DNA of 64,000 nucleotides from Octopus vulgaris (Eukaryota): NCBI GenBank assembly GCA_951406725.2, contig OX597835.1, positions 2,356,001 to 2,420,000 of the forward strand, read 5' to 3'. Shown piece by piece: positions 50,295 to 62,895 of this stretch (position 1 is its first letter; each line of letters starts with the position of its first letter). The notes under the pieces were generated by a model. It saw only the letters and a program-made list of their open reading frames with translations, ran no database searches and was not told where the DNA came from. The position numbers and the translations under genes were made by a program.

Positions 50295-51089
50295 TTTAGG
50301 GTTGTTTCTTTTTTTTTTGTTATTGTTGTATTTTGTTTTGTTTTTGTGTGTTTCTCTTTTAAATATATTTCTAAACTAATAACAATAAGCAATATATACA
50401 TTTCTAACAGTTGTTCTTGTTTTCATTATTGTTATTATTATTATTATTGTTGCTACTGTTATTATATTTTACTTCTCAGAACTCAATTTACTTACACTGG
50501 TTCATTCTATGAGAGCCCACAGCAACCTGTTGTCTCTGGCCTCACAAGGTCTCTTTCCATGATACTTAACACTCCAAGCCCTATTGGTCTCTTTTGCCGA
50601 ACTGCTAAGTTACAGGGATGTAAACACACCAGCATCGGTTATGTTGTCAAGCAATGTTGGGGGGGGGGGGGGCAAACACAGACCCACAAACACACACACA
50701 TATATACGACAGGCTTCTTTCAGTTTCCATCTACCAAATCCACTCACAAGGCTTTGGTTGGCCCGAGGCTATAGTAGAAGACACTTGCCCAAGGTGCCAT
50801 GCAGTGGGACTGAACCCGGAACCATGTGGTTCGTAAACAAGCTACTTACCACACAGCCACTCCTGCGCCTATGTAGGTAGTTTAACTTTTCTTTATTTTC
50901 CAAGGTCTACCCCAGTGTCACTTTTCATAATTTCTGTGTGACGGGTATCGTACAAATCATAAACAGCAATGGCAACAGACTGTCTCCCTGAAATATGCCT
51001 CCCCTGATGTCAACTCATTGCCAAAAATTTTCCACATGATGTTAACTTTGTATTCCAGTTTTCCATTGATCTGATAAAGTTTAAAATGT

Positions 51090-52640
51090 TATCCGACAGA
51101 AGATTGGGATCCATAATCACGCTTCAACCACTGCAGACGTAAATGCAAGGATAATAGTTTCAAATATTAAAGTAAAGTCTATTTCATCTTGTGGTAGCCC
51201 TCAATTATCGCTAGCGAAGTTCAGAATTTAAACGACTGAATATTGTCGCAAATATCTCTGTTTGCACAGCTTAATAGGAATATTAGACGTTGGCAGCAAG
51301 CTGATTCCAACTGCCTTTGCCACCCCACTTACAAATGTTGGGTTTTCCATTCCAAGTGAATCCTCCTACTTTGACAATGATGAAACGTTTTTACTGTATG
51401 ACAGCAGGATGGAAGATTCAAAACGAATTTGAGAGTGACGAAGCACTTTGACAGTTAAAGCAGCACAAGAACTGGCCGGCAGATGGAACGTTTAAGTGCT
51501 GTTCCAGTATACTTTTTCAGTTATATATACTTCACATTCAAATTGATAATTTTAATGTCCCACGATTGTCCGCATTGCTCTCTGACAAAAGTCCAGACAC
51601 ATATAGGAGACTTTTTGCCAAAATAAATGAATTACTGCAGAATGATGGACCTGATAATATAATTATGGATTTTGAAAAAAATTAAAGGATTCTGGAATCA
51701 TTTCGTGAGTTGAATTTGGCAAGCTGTTTCATTTAGGACAAAATTTGTTTCATTTAGGACAAAATGTGTACAAGCATGTTGCGCATGAAGAACTAAAATG
51801 CAGGTATCACGAAGACGACAGTTTTAGTCTAAAAATGCAGTGTTTTGTTGCCGTTGCCTCCCTGCCGGTTGATGATGTTGTAGATGGATATTTACAACTT
51901 GTAGATGATGATGATGATGATATTCCACAGTCAATTGTGTCCTATTTTGAAAATAATTATATAGGGATTTCTTTGGAAGCACTCCGTCGGTTACGACAAC
52001 GAGGGTTCCGGTTGATCCGAATCAACGGAACAGCCTGCTCGTGAAATTAACGTGTAAGTGGCTGAGCACTCCACAGACACGTGCACCCTCAACATAGTTC
52101 TCGGGGATATTCAGCGTGACACAGAGAGTGACAAGGCTGGCCCTTTGAAATACAGGTACAACAGAAACAGGAAGTAAGAGTGAGAGAAAGTTGTGGTGAA
52201 AGAGTACAGCAGGGATCACCACCATCCCCTGTCGGAGCCTCATGGAGAATTAGGCGTTTTCGCTCAATAATTATATAGGACAACCTAGAGGAAGAGGACA
52301 GGGGATGTGACCCCTCGAACCTCCATTTTCCTTTACCCGTATGGAATGTTTGGGATCAATGTATGAGGGAGGTTGTTCGCACTACAAATAGTTTCGAAGC
52401 CTACTGCAGCGCACTGGGAAACAAAGTGAATATTAGTCATCCAAATACTTGGAAACTTATTGATGTGATTAAATGTGAGGAAAGGTTTGCCGGTACCAAA
52501 TTGCAGAAGTTTATGCAAGAAGAAGAACCAAGCCAAAAGAAAAAGATACAAAGATATGAACCTGCGAATAAAAAATATGATCTAAGCCAAAAAATTATTT
52601 TTCTAAAAACAGTTGCACAGAATCTTAAATTTTAAGAAAA
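51090..52640 (+). mobile_element. MULE/MuDR transposase remnant, split by a SINE
   Basis: W.ADGTFK...FQLY.LH...ALL.DKS..TY.RLF...I.MDFE...C.FHLGQ...YFE.NYIG...RTTN..E...HPN.WKLI. Confidence 0.85.
51966..52265 (-). mobile_element. 5'-truncated SINE with 14-bp TSD inside the MULE remnant
   Basis: TSD aataattatatagg at 51952-51965 and 52266-52279; shares CACAACTTTCTCTCACTCTT with family E. Confidence 0.85.
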
Positions 52641-53865
52641 AAAAAAATGTGATACAACAAACCTTAAAATAAATGGTTTTTCAGTTCAGATATTCGTTCT
52701 TCCATTTTTCCTGTCTTGACGAATTGATTGGCCACCCCCACTTAAGGGAGCATGTACTGTGGGAGTTGATGGTTGTAGTCAAGGGGTTAGCAAACGTCAC
52801 ATGAACAAGCAAAGAAGCAGAGGGAGACGGAGTGGGAGTGGCGAAGTAGAAGAGGATGTGTGTCTCATAGCCTGGCTGTGTCTGGGGGTAGTTTGGTGGA
52901 GGGGGTGGGTTGGGAGGACATACAAGCAAAGATGGGTGCATTTCTGGTGTGTTGAGGAACAAAACATACAACAGAAATCTGAGAGAAAAAGGAAGAAAAC
53001 AAAAGCAACATCACTAAGAGAGGGGATCACAAGGGAGGAGAAGGTTAGAGGAATTCTAAGTGATGCCTATTACTGCAGGGAGGTAGATTTTTACATCTGT
53101 AACATAGATGAAAACTGAGAATTTCTGTGAATGAACTTGCTCAGGGCCAATGAACAGACATGTGGTCGGAGAAGAGTTCCAATGAAGCTGAAAGTAACAT
53201 GGTGGTGGAATCGTACAATTGATAGGGCAAGAAAGGCTTAAGAAACCTTCATAGAAAACCTGGAAGGAAGTGGGTAGTAGGGAGCTTTGCCAAGTGGCTA
53301 AAAGGGCAGGTAGATGACCTGTCCATTTGGCTAAAGATGGAGCAGAGAAGTGATGGCTTTTCTGAAAGCATAGAAGCCAGAAAGGAACTGGTTAAAAGAA
53401 TTCATAGACTGATTACTGCTGAAGATGGCAACAAAGGTCTTTCCCCACACAGTGTAAGACAGATTCTATGATGACACTTGGGTTTGAACTGCAGTGTTGC
53501 ATGGTGGTGAGACATGTGCCTTGAATGCAGAAGACGAGAAGACATCATAGAAAGGGATGAAGCTAGGATACTCTGTGCAATGTAGGTATGCATAATCATC
53601 ATAGTATGTATTGAAGGGAAGACCAGGAGACAAATGTGCGAGAAAGAAGACTGTTGGTGCAGACACAAGATGCATGTAGATGAGGACAGCCGTACTAAGA
53701 AGTGATGATCACTAAACATGACTGGAGCTTGTGGATGAAGAAGAGCCCAGAAAACATGAGATGAAGATCCTGAATTTCAAAGGCTCAGGATATCTGCAAT
53801 AGGAATTCTGGTGAAACCTGCCCATTGTGATGAGACTGACTTCTGGAAGCACTGCTTGGGTATGT

Positions 53866-53901
<36 letters not shown>

Positions 53902-53970
53902 GGAGTAAACACATAAATGTGAAACAAGGTGGAAAAAAGAGTACTCAAATACCAGTGGTAGAGTAATATG

Positions 53971-54120
53971 CTTTATTCAAAAGCAGCAGAAAATTCAACA
54001 AAACCTGTTACTCTGAGTTTCACGTTCTCGTTCGTTGGACAAACAAAAACAGTCCGACGAACGGGAACGTGAAACTCGGAGTAACAGGTTTTGTTGAATT
54101 TTCTGCTGCTTTTGAATAAA

Positions 54121-54121
<1 letters not shown>
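53971..54121. mobile_element. Penelope-like inverted repeat between (AT)n tracts, each arm with a minimal hammerhead-like motif
   Basis: ~70-bp arms; the + arm reads CCGACGA-ACG-GGAA-CGT-GAAA-CTC-G-GAG-TA (54054-54083). Confidence 0.6.
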
Positions 54122-54157
<36 letters not shown>

Positions 54158-54248
54158 TTTAGAGATATTAGGCCCCTTCACCTCACCATATAAAAAAGAA
54201 TTTTTATTTTAAATACCTACTACTTTATAACTTGGCTACACATGTTTC

Positions 54249-54483
54249 ATCTAATTTGAAAAGGGAAAATATGACACAACTGCTGTAGTGCAATTAGCAA
54301 TGTGCAATTAGCAATGTGCAATCCTGCATTTAATGGATTGAGTTTAGTCAGTGAGCTCATTGCTTTTTTCTGTCTCAAACTGTTGTTTGTAAAATCTAAT
54401 AATATTTACAGAAATGCTGAAGGCCTTATTTACACGATGACAAAGATCAGAAATGTATTGCTTTATTTCATTTTAATATCTTT
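54249..54483 (-). repeat. Copy 2 of a near-perfect inverted duplication (partner 48753-48988)
   Basis: Reverse complement of 48753-48988. Confidence 0.9.
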
Positions 54484-55857
54484 GCTGGAACCATTCTTAG
54501 AATATAACCCCAATCATCAGGCCCCTATATCACTTTCTCATAGTTCAATACTATAAACTATATTTTAATTTTTTAAAACCCGTAAGTATGTGTAAAATAG
54601 GTTTGCCGGATCCTAGAGTATTAGCCATAATTTAATAAAAAAAAAAAAAGAAATAAAAATTACAAATATAAAAATTACTAAAATAAAATAAGAAAATAAA
54701 AATTAAAATGTGAAAAAAATACGAAACATAAAAATTTACAAAAACTATGTTTTTACGTAACTTATATCTATAAATATAAAATTAGTAATATATAGTTTTA
54801 AAAATAAAATATATATATTTGTGATAATATAAAATGAAAGGAATGGCAAGAAAAATATATACGAATAAAAATGGAGGCAATGACGAATAAAGATTTTCGA
54901 ATAAAAGCTGTAGAACTAATTACGAAGTGCAAAATTTACAAATGATACGAATGATAACTTTTAAAAATTTACAAAATAAAATAAAAATTACTTGATGGTA
55001 AAGTAAAGAAAATATGCAATTCACCGATGGCTTCATTATCCTACAACGTCTTAATTATGGTTTGACATTGCAAAGTCCAGCAAAGTACTCACACACCTCC
55101 TTCCTGCTTCTTTTAAACTATTACTCTTTACTCTTTTACTCTTTTACTTGTTTCAGTCATTTGACTGCGGCCATGCCGGAGCACCGCTTTTAGTCGAGCA
55201 AATCGACCCCGGGACTTATTCTTTGTAAGCCCAGTACTTATTCTATCGGTCTCTTTTGCCGAACTGCTAAGTGTCGGGGACGTAAACAGACCAGCATCAG
55301 TTGTCAAGCAATGCTAGGGGGACAAACACACACACACATATATATATACATATATACGACAGGCTTCTTTCAGTTTCCGTCTACCAAATCCACTCACAAG
55401 GCACTGGTCGGCCCGGGGCTATAGCAGAAGACACTTGCCCAAGATGCCATGCAGTGGGACTGAACCCGGAACCATGTGGTTGGTTAGCAAGCTACTTACC
55501 ACACAGCCACTCCTGCGCCTGTAAAGTTTTATAAATTATTTAATTAAAATATTAAATTATTTAATTAAACTATTATTTAATTAAATCTCCTCCACATTCG
55601 AAGGCAAGGACAATACACGACTTCGTTGAAACAGTCCTTCCCGCAAAGTAAATTAAATAAAATTTGGGATTTTTTGCGGAGGGTAAAAGTGGTAACAAGA
55701 ACAGGACAATGAGAACAAAACAGTAAAAGCAAATGGTGAGGGTTGTTAAGCCAAGACGATAGAAAAAATTATATATAAACACACCTGCACATACCTTATA
55801 ATGGTAACAGACTGGTACTGCTGGTAGTGGCAGCAATTTAAAACTAGCAATCGTTTC

Positions 55858-56255
55858 ATTCATCATCATCATTGTTCGACCGTGGTCGAGACAATGGAAT
55901 TTACCATGCTACCCCAGACTTCACGGTCCATCATGGCATTACGGAGGTCCTGTTGCTGGATGCCTGTATCCCTGGAGATTACATCAGGGTAGGAGAGTGT
56001 GCGCCCTCTGGTATTGCGAGTAGATGGCTTCCAGAGGAGAAGAGTAGAAATTACTTCTTTTTCAGCTCTACAACAATGTCCAGCAAACTGGACTCTCCTA
56101 CCTTTCACAAGAGATGACACAGGTGGTAGTTTCCCATATATTTGCATTTTGGTTGGATGGCGCTTCCACGAGAGATTTTGAGCTCTCATAAGGAGGTGAG
56201 TGTAGGTTCCATCCAACCGCCTCTCAAGCTTCTTTGATAACGTCCAGGTTTCTGT
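55858..56255 (-). mobile_element. RTE/RTEX-like LINE 3' fragment with (GAT)n tail
   Basis: ETWTLSK...DGTYT.LL.RAQN.SW..H.T...YG.LP..S.....RR..FAGHC.R...LLLW.P. Confidence 0.8.
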
Positions 56256-58380
56256 GCAATGCTGAGTTCAAACTGTTTGTGTGGATGTTCAGTTGGAAGT
56301 GGGGATGTGACCAGCTCCTGCCCTGGGTCACAAACAGAAAGTCAATATGGGGATGATCACTTATTGATGGATGTTTTCTGTTGTTGGAAGTCAAGTGTTG
56401 TTGACTCTTATCATTTGACTGGAGAATGATGTCTTACACCAAGAGTTTTAGGTTATGATCAAATAAGGAAATGTTAAGAAGTGAATTGTCACAACGACTC
56501 CAAGTCATGGAGAGGGAATAAAATATGCCTCTGGTTGGTCACAGCCTTCAACAGTCCAGTCATTGGTGTGCAAAAACAGCACTGATATTGCTACTAATAC
56601 TGGGGGGGGGGATGTCATCATTAAACCTTTAGCATTCAAACTGGCCATATCCGGCCACAATATTTAACCTGTTTTATATTGAAACTGACCAGATCTCGCC
56701 TCTCACCTCAGCCCTACCATGTCATTCTAAAACTAAAAAATCACATCACTGAAATCTCTAAACTACAAGATAATGCATGATTAATTCAAAACAATATAAA
56801 CAAACAAACATCACATTTGACAGAAAAATCTGAACATTAAAGGGTTAAACCTTTCGGGAGGATCTGAAGGCTGTCAACAGATACTGCTGTGAAAACATAA
56901 GAAAATGTTAAAAGAATATGCAACTAATAGAGGACACTAGGTAAAACTGCTTCCTGATGAATGAAACTGCATGGGAAGGGCTGCCTGAAAGCTTGAAAAA
57001 ATAAGGGGAGAATGGAAAGATGGAAAAAGTACCTCTGGCATTAAGAGAAGAAAGAATTATCTCCCTTACACTAAGCAAGAATTAGTTCACTTAAACGCTG
57101 TTGGTGTATAAATAGAAATAGAAAACTAAGAAAATAATGAAAAAAAGAAGTCACAGCCAAACAATGCAAGGTGATTCAGGACACCCTTCACACTATCCTT
57201 GGCTGCTCTGACTCTGAAAGCCAACTTACTTTTTCCTAGTTCATTGTAGCAATGTTTCCCTTCTAGCATGACTAAATTTTGTCATCTGTCCAACACGAGT
57301 TAACTGCTTCCTGAATACATTTTTAATTAAATGCACTGTGCATTATTTATTAAAACCAATCTTGAGAATAATCCTGATTTAAGAGGCAAAATAACTATGT
57401 GTTTGGAGTTGTATTTGTCTATCAAGTGACTTCACCTGAGACTGTGTTGAAACTGAAGCAATTATGTCACAAAAGGGACATTTTAACCATCTAAAAACAC
57501 AAAAACTTGTCAAATTCACTTTTCAATTGTTTCTTAAGTTGTCTAAATTTGTTGCACCACCACAACTTTGTTGCTGGTCATCAAGTTCATCGATTTGAAT
57601 TTTAGTTCCTGGCAAGTTTTTACATGACACAGTTAATCATTTGCTGCGTCAAAATAAGTCAATAATTTTGACATGGCAGATGATTAACTGAATCATAAAT
57701 AAAGACATGAATTGCGCCAAAGTTTGAAATGGTTTTTTTATTACTGATCCAGAAAGTTGTATTAACCAGAAGAATATTCTATTTCAATAGCAGATAAACC
57801 TTTCTCTCTCTCTTTCTCTATCTCTCCTTCTCTCGGTCTCTCTATCTCTCTGACTCTCTCTCAACAAAAAGAAAGAAAGAGAAAGACAATAAATGGAGAA
57901 GGAATCGGAAACGATGCACATAGTTAAATGAAAATGTAAGTTTGTGGAGGGACGACATTATTATACAAGAATTACCAACCGGCTGCGTCTTTGCACAAGA
58001 GAAATCAACGTATTACATGGGTTTTGAATAAGACCTTCAGCCTCACAAGTAGGTAACGTTTAAATTATCCACAAGAAAATAAAAATGCAGAGTGCGTGGC
58101 ATTAATAATGTTCTAGGTAGGAAAATGGAGAATTTGTTAATGTGTGTGTGGTGTGTGTGTGTATGTGTGTGTGTGTATGTGTGTGTGTGTGTGTGTGTGT
58201 TCGAGTCGATGTGTATCAGTGCTTCATTCTGTATTGCATTACTTCAATACTTGCAGGGAAGTCAAGATGTCAGAAATAAATATGAATTCTGCAAAACATG
58301 TTCAGTGTTGTATGAATTCATTTCTACACCTATTTTTCCATCTTTGTGTCTCTAGCTATTCCTATATAATTGATATCTAT

Positions 58381-58925
58381 CTATCTACCCACCAACCCAC
58401 CCACCCACCCATCCATCCATCCATCCATCCATCCATCCATCCATTAATCCATGCATTCATCCATCCGTCCGTCCGTCCTTCCATTAATCTATCCATCAAT
58501 CCATCCATTAATCCATGCATTCATCCATCCCTTCAACCATCCACCCATCCATCAATCCATCCATCCATCCATCCATCCATCCCTCCTTCCATCCCTCCAT
58601 CCATCCATCCATCCATCCATCCATCCATCCATCCATCCATCCATCCATCCATCCATCCATCCCTCCATCCATCCATCCATCCATCCATCCATCCATCCAT
58701 CCATCCACCCATCCATCCATCCATCCATCCATCCATTCTTCCATCCATCCATCCATCCAGCCAGCCATTTATCCATCCATCCCTCCATCCATCTATACAT
58801 CCATCCATCCATCCATCCATCCCTCCATCCATCTATACATCCATCCATCCATCCTTCCATCCATCCATCCATTCTTCCATCCATCCATCCATCCATCCAT
58901 CCTTCCATCCGTCCATCCATCCATC
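58381..58925. repeat. (TCCA)n microsatellite, about 540 bp
   Basis: Read directly from the sequence. Confidence 0.98.
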
Positions 58926-59250
58926 TAGCTAGCTAGTGTTTGAGTGTGTGTCCTAGATTGACCTTTGCCCTCTAACCTTTCTAGATATTTGGTCTTACCT
59001 GAATTAAATGGGTGCTAACGACATTTTCCTATTACCACGTCTCTTCCTGGGAAGCAGGAATAAACACAAGGACATTACTGATTTAAACTGTTCTCACCGC
59101 TAACCTCAAAGTTACTTTCAGCAACGGTAACTTTCCTAAGTTTGCGACTCCCATTTAAGTTTCCTTTGAAGATTCTTTCCTTCTTAGAAATCTCCATGTC
59201 TGTATGTCTCTAACACCTATTCTTGTTTCATATTTTATATTAACAGGTGC

Positions 59251-59323
59251 ATGATGAAAACCCTAATTGCCCTCTGTTCCTGCTTGTGCATATTTAATTC
59301 ATACACCCTTTCATACAAGCAAA
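59251..59323 (+). CDS. Candidate signal-peptide exon of a secreted protein (MMKTLIALCSCLCIFNSYTLSYKQ)
   Basis: Acceptor ttttatattaacag| at 59246, ATG 4 nt later, basic-hydrophobic-polar N-terminus with a T-L-S cleavage pattern, strong donor A|GTAAGT in phase 1. Confidence 0.55.
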
Positions 59324-60394
59324 GTAAGTTCTCACTACTACCAACAAGTACGTACATGGCAATCTGAGAGTTTGTTGAAATAGCAGGAGAGAGTCTGAGT
59401 CAGTGGGAGGGATTTTCTTTTGTAGTTTGTTTTTGTATCTCCAAATGACATGCGCCCCCCCCCCAAGCTTTGAGGGATCTTTCTGGTTTTTGTCACTGTT
59501 TAAAATTATCGTAAAAAAAAATCTTTTAACGTGTCATATCGATGCAATTTTTGACACGGAATTCAATTTGTTATTCATTTATTCCAGAAAAATTTTGCAA
59601 AAATGTTACAGGCGTAACAATCATAATATTACCTCAGTGTAGAACAGTAGGACCCCTACTAAAGTTAAAACTATTTAAAATTATCTGGAGAACATTAGAC
59701 CAAGAGTTAAATATATATATATATATATATAAAATAGTGTATTTGTTTCTTTATATGAATAATATATTGTCTATTGACTGATTTTTCTATATGCTAGGCC
59801 ACTGGTAGTAAAAATTTCTGAAATCTTTATTACCCTGATATTATTAATTATGTATATATATAATATATAAAATGATAATAATAATGACATTATTGTATAC
59901 AGTGCTCAGGTGCACCACAACTTGTCAGAAAGTGCGTATAAAGTATATGCAGTAATGTACAAATGTCTGGAAAGCAAACAGTGTATGAGTCAGATACATG
60001 CCTGCGTGTATATGGAGGGGAGAAAATCGGGTGTAGTTCTATATATTCCTTATCTTGTAATTTTAAGTTTAGGTTTTAAATTTAACTTTCAATGTTAATT
60101 TTGAATTTTAGGTTTAATTCTTAATCCTTTATCCCGTAAGAAAGGCGAGATTTATGGTTTTATTCTGATTATGATATTGCAAACAGGAGACAAGAAACTT
60201 GGAGAAGGTACTTTTAATTTCTTTGACGAGGTAGAGTAATCAGAGAGGTGCAGGTCTTATTGACACCCCGAAAGAAGAAATATAACGTTTATAGAAACAT
60301 CTGTTGACTGTACTTGGACTATTTAAATATTTTTTTATAAAAGTCTTCTTAAACCAAAAGCTGATTCTTGAAACTGCTTATCGAACATTTGCAG

Positions 60395-60446
60395 ATCCTG
60401 TTAAATCTGATGATTTGTTTGACGAACAGAAATATTTTGAGAAAAG
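60395..60446 (+). CDS. Candidate second coding exon (NPVKSDDLFDEQKYFEK[R/S])
   Basis: tttgcag| and AG|GTAAGA, 52 nt, phase 1 to 2; open in the frame required by 59251-59323. Confidence 0.45.
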
Positions 60447-60485
60447 GTAAGAATTTTATATTATCAATTTTTTAGATGTATTAAT

Positions 60486-60493
60486 TATTATTA

Positions 60494-60548
<55 letters not shown>

Positions 60549-62068
60549 CATCATCATCACAACAGATTAGACTGTTCGAAAAGAAAATTCCTAAAAAAAG
60601 TAACCTAGATGCCAAAAACCTTCCTAAGTATCCTAGATGTTCCTAATAACACTGTTTTCTGGAGCTGTACTAAACTGGGATTTACGCCTATTCTTTCTAT
60701 CCATCTGTTCAACTCTTTCAGGATAGTTCCTAATGCCCCCTATAATTGCTGGGATACATTTTACCTGCGCTTTCCATAGTCTTTGTAATTCAATGGCTGG
60801 GTCCTGGTACTTTGCTGTTTCCTCTATAATACCTCTCAGATTCATTTTCTCATAATTTGGAACTGTAACGTCAATTATTTGGACCTTTCTATTCGCTTTA
60901 TCTACTACTACTAAATCAAGCCTTTAACTTCTATTTCTCTGTCAGTCTGAACGTTTAAGTCCCACAACATCTTATATTTCTTACTTTCTAGTACTTTACT
61001 TGGTTCATGTTCATACCATTTATCAGTATGGTCAAATCTTAGCTTTCTACATAACTCTCAGTGGATTACTCTCCCTAGGTTGTCTTTTCTTGATCCGTTT
61101 CTGTACCAGCACGCTACATTCACTTACTATATGAATAACACTTTCATCTTTTGATTTGCGTAACCTACATTGGGAATCTACTTGGTTTTTATTTCTTTTG
61201 GATTTTATCCGAATAGTCTTTAATGCTTGATCTTGTGCTGCTACTAGCAAACTTTCTGTCTCCCTTTTTAACCTCCCTTTCTGCAACCATAATGATGTCT
61301 CACTACTATTATCTGCTGCAACCATCTTTGGGAATCTAAAATGCAGAGCCTTCTCCTGTTAGTCAGATAACTTTTGTTCTTTTCCAGGTTTTTAACTTTA
61401 TTTGGCTTTTTGGTTTCTCTATGTCCTGCTGTGACTCTAGCAATTCTTAATTAACTTCCTTCACTATTATCTACGTAGGCGCAGGAGTGGCTGTGTGGTA
61501 AGTAGCTTGCTAACCAACCGCATGTTTCCGGGTTCAGTCCCACTGCGTGGCATCTTGGGCAAATGTCTTCTGCTATAGCCCCGGGCCGACCAATGCCTTG
61601 TGAGTGGATTTGGTAGATGGAAACTGAAAGAAGCCTGTCGTATATATGTATATATATATGTGTGTGTGTATATGTTTGTGTGTCTGTGTTTGTCCCCCTA
61701 GCATTGCTTGACAACCGATGCTGGTGTGTTTACGTCCCCGTAACTTAGCGGTTCGGCAAAAGAGACCGATAGAATAAGTACTGGACTTACAAAAGAATAA
61801 GTCCCGGGGTCGATATGCTCCACTAAAGGCGGTGCTCCAGCATGGCCGCAGTCAAATGACTGAAACAAGTAAAAGAATAAAAGAAAAGAATAAAAAGAAA
61901 GTAGGAGTCTACTCTAGCTAACTCCACACAGTATTCTACAGATACTAACCTTCTTCCACCTTCCTTTCTAGGTAACTATAATCTTATTACTCCTGCCTCT
62001 GGGTAGAGTCCTCCATTCATATTGAATTCCCTCCTAGTCCTCCTGTCTAGCTTTGCTAATTCAGATTT
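60486..62068 (-). mobile_element. R4/Dong-type LINE 3' fragment ending in (TAA)n, interrupted by a SINE at 61477-61900
   Basis: LYLPRKEGGR; WLQKG.LKRETESLLVAAQDQAL..CRL...DESV.HIVSEC; WYEHEP..V.E...ILWD..QTD; KYQD.AIEL.RLW. Confidence 0.88.
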
Positions 62069-62864
62069 TGCAAATATATATATATTCCTTAGGTTGGAAC
62101 AAAGAAAAGAAACGTCAAGTGATTGATGCAATATTTCCTTTTGGTCTACATCAACATCCCATATTCGGTCCCCATCTATTTACCTGTCCTTTTGCTGTCC
62201 TCACTGGCATTTCTCTTCCAAGATCTTGACTACTGTTGCTGATAATGTTTCTTGAGACTTACCTGTTTCACAGTGTGTGCCGTGTGTTACAAAGATATTG
62301 TCATGGTGTCACTTTTATTTCTCTTCAGTAAAATCTGTTCAAACCTCGACACAATGTGTGCCAGGGTGCCCCTTTCTCCACAAAATCTACGCTGCTGGTT
62401 GCCCCCTCTAAACCCCATCTGTGCAGGTTTGTTGGTGTTAGGAGTGTGTTATACACCTGTCGAGCAGGAAGGAGAGACACAAAGTTTTCAGTTTCCACAG
62501 TGGGATCTTTCTCTTTGGGGATCTTTCTCTTTGGGGATCTTTCTCTTTGGGGATCTTCCTTTTGGAGTAGTCTCCCTCAGACTCCACCTTTGTGTGTCTG
62601 TAATTCAACAATTCTTAAATGTCATATCTTCAAAAACAAAATGGTTTATTCTTACATTGTTTGTAGTTTAATATTTAATTTTTTTTATATATAGGTGCAG
62701 GAGTGGCTGTGTGGTAAGTAGCTTGCTTACCAACCACATGGTTCTGGGTTCATTCCCACTGCGTGGCACCTTGGGCAAATGTCTTCAACTATAGCCTCGG
62801 GCCAACCAAAGCCTGGTGAGTGGATTTGGTAGACGGAAACCGAAAGAAGCACGTCGTATATATG

Positions 62865-62895
<31 letters not shown>

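Noticed and set aside
56950-56980. CTGATGA-AT-GAAA hammerhead-like string
   Set aside because: No stem II and no properly placed NUH triplet.
58144-58936. Long IHPS and MDGW repeat ORFs
   Set aside because: Translations of the (TCCA)n microsatellite.
60112-60207. Alternative middle exon for the secreted-peptide gene (acceptors at 60111 or 60140)
   Set aside because: Donor GTACTT is weak, and the 60141 version runs into stops in downstream exon candidates.
62274-62331. Possible third exon of the secreted-peptide gene (S-VCRVLQRYCHGVTFISLQ*)
   Set aside because: Acceptor and phase fit, but nothing else supports it and it would remove the KR site; left unresolved.
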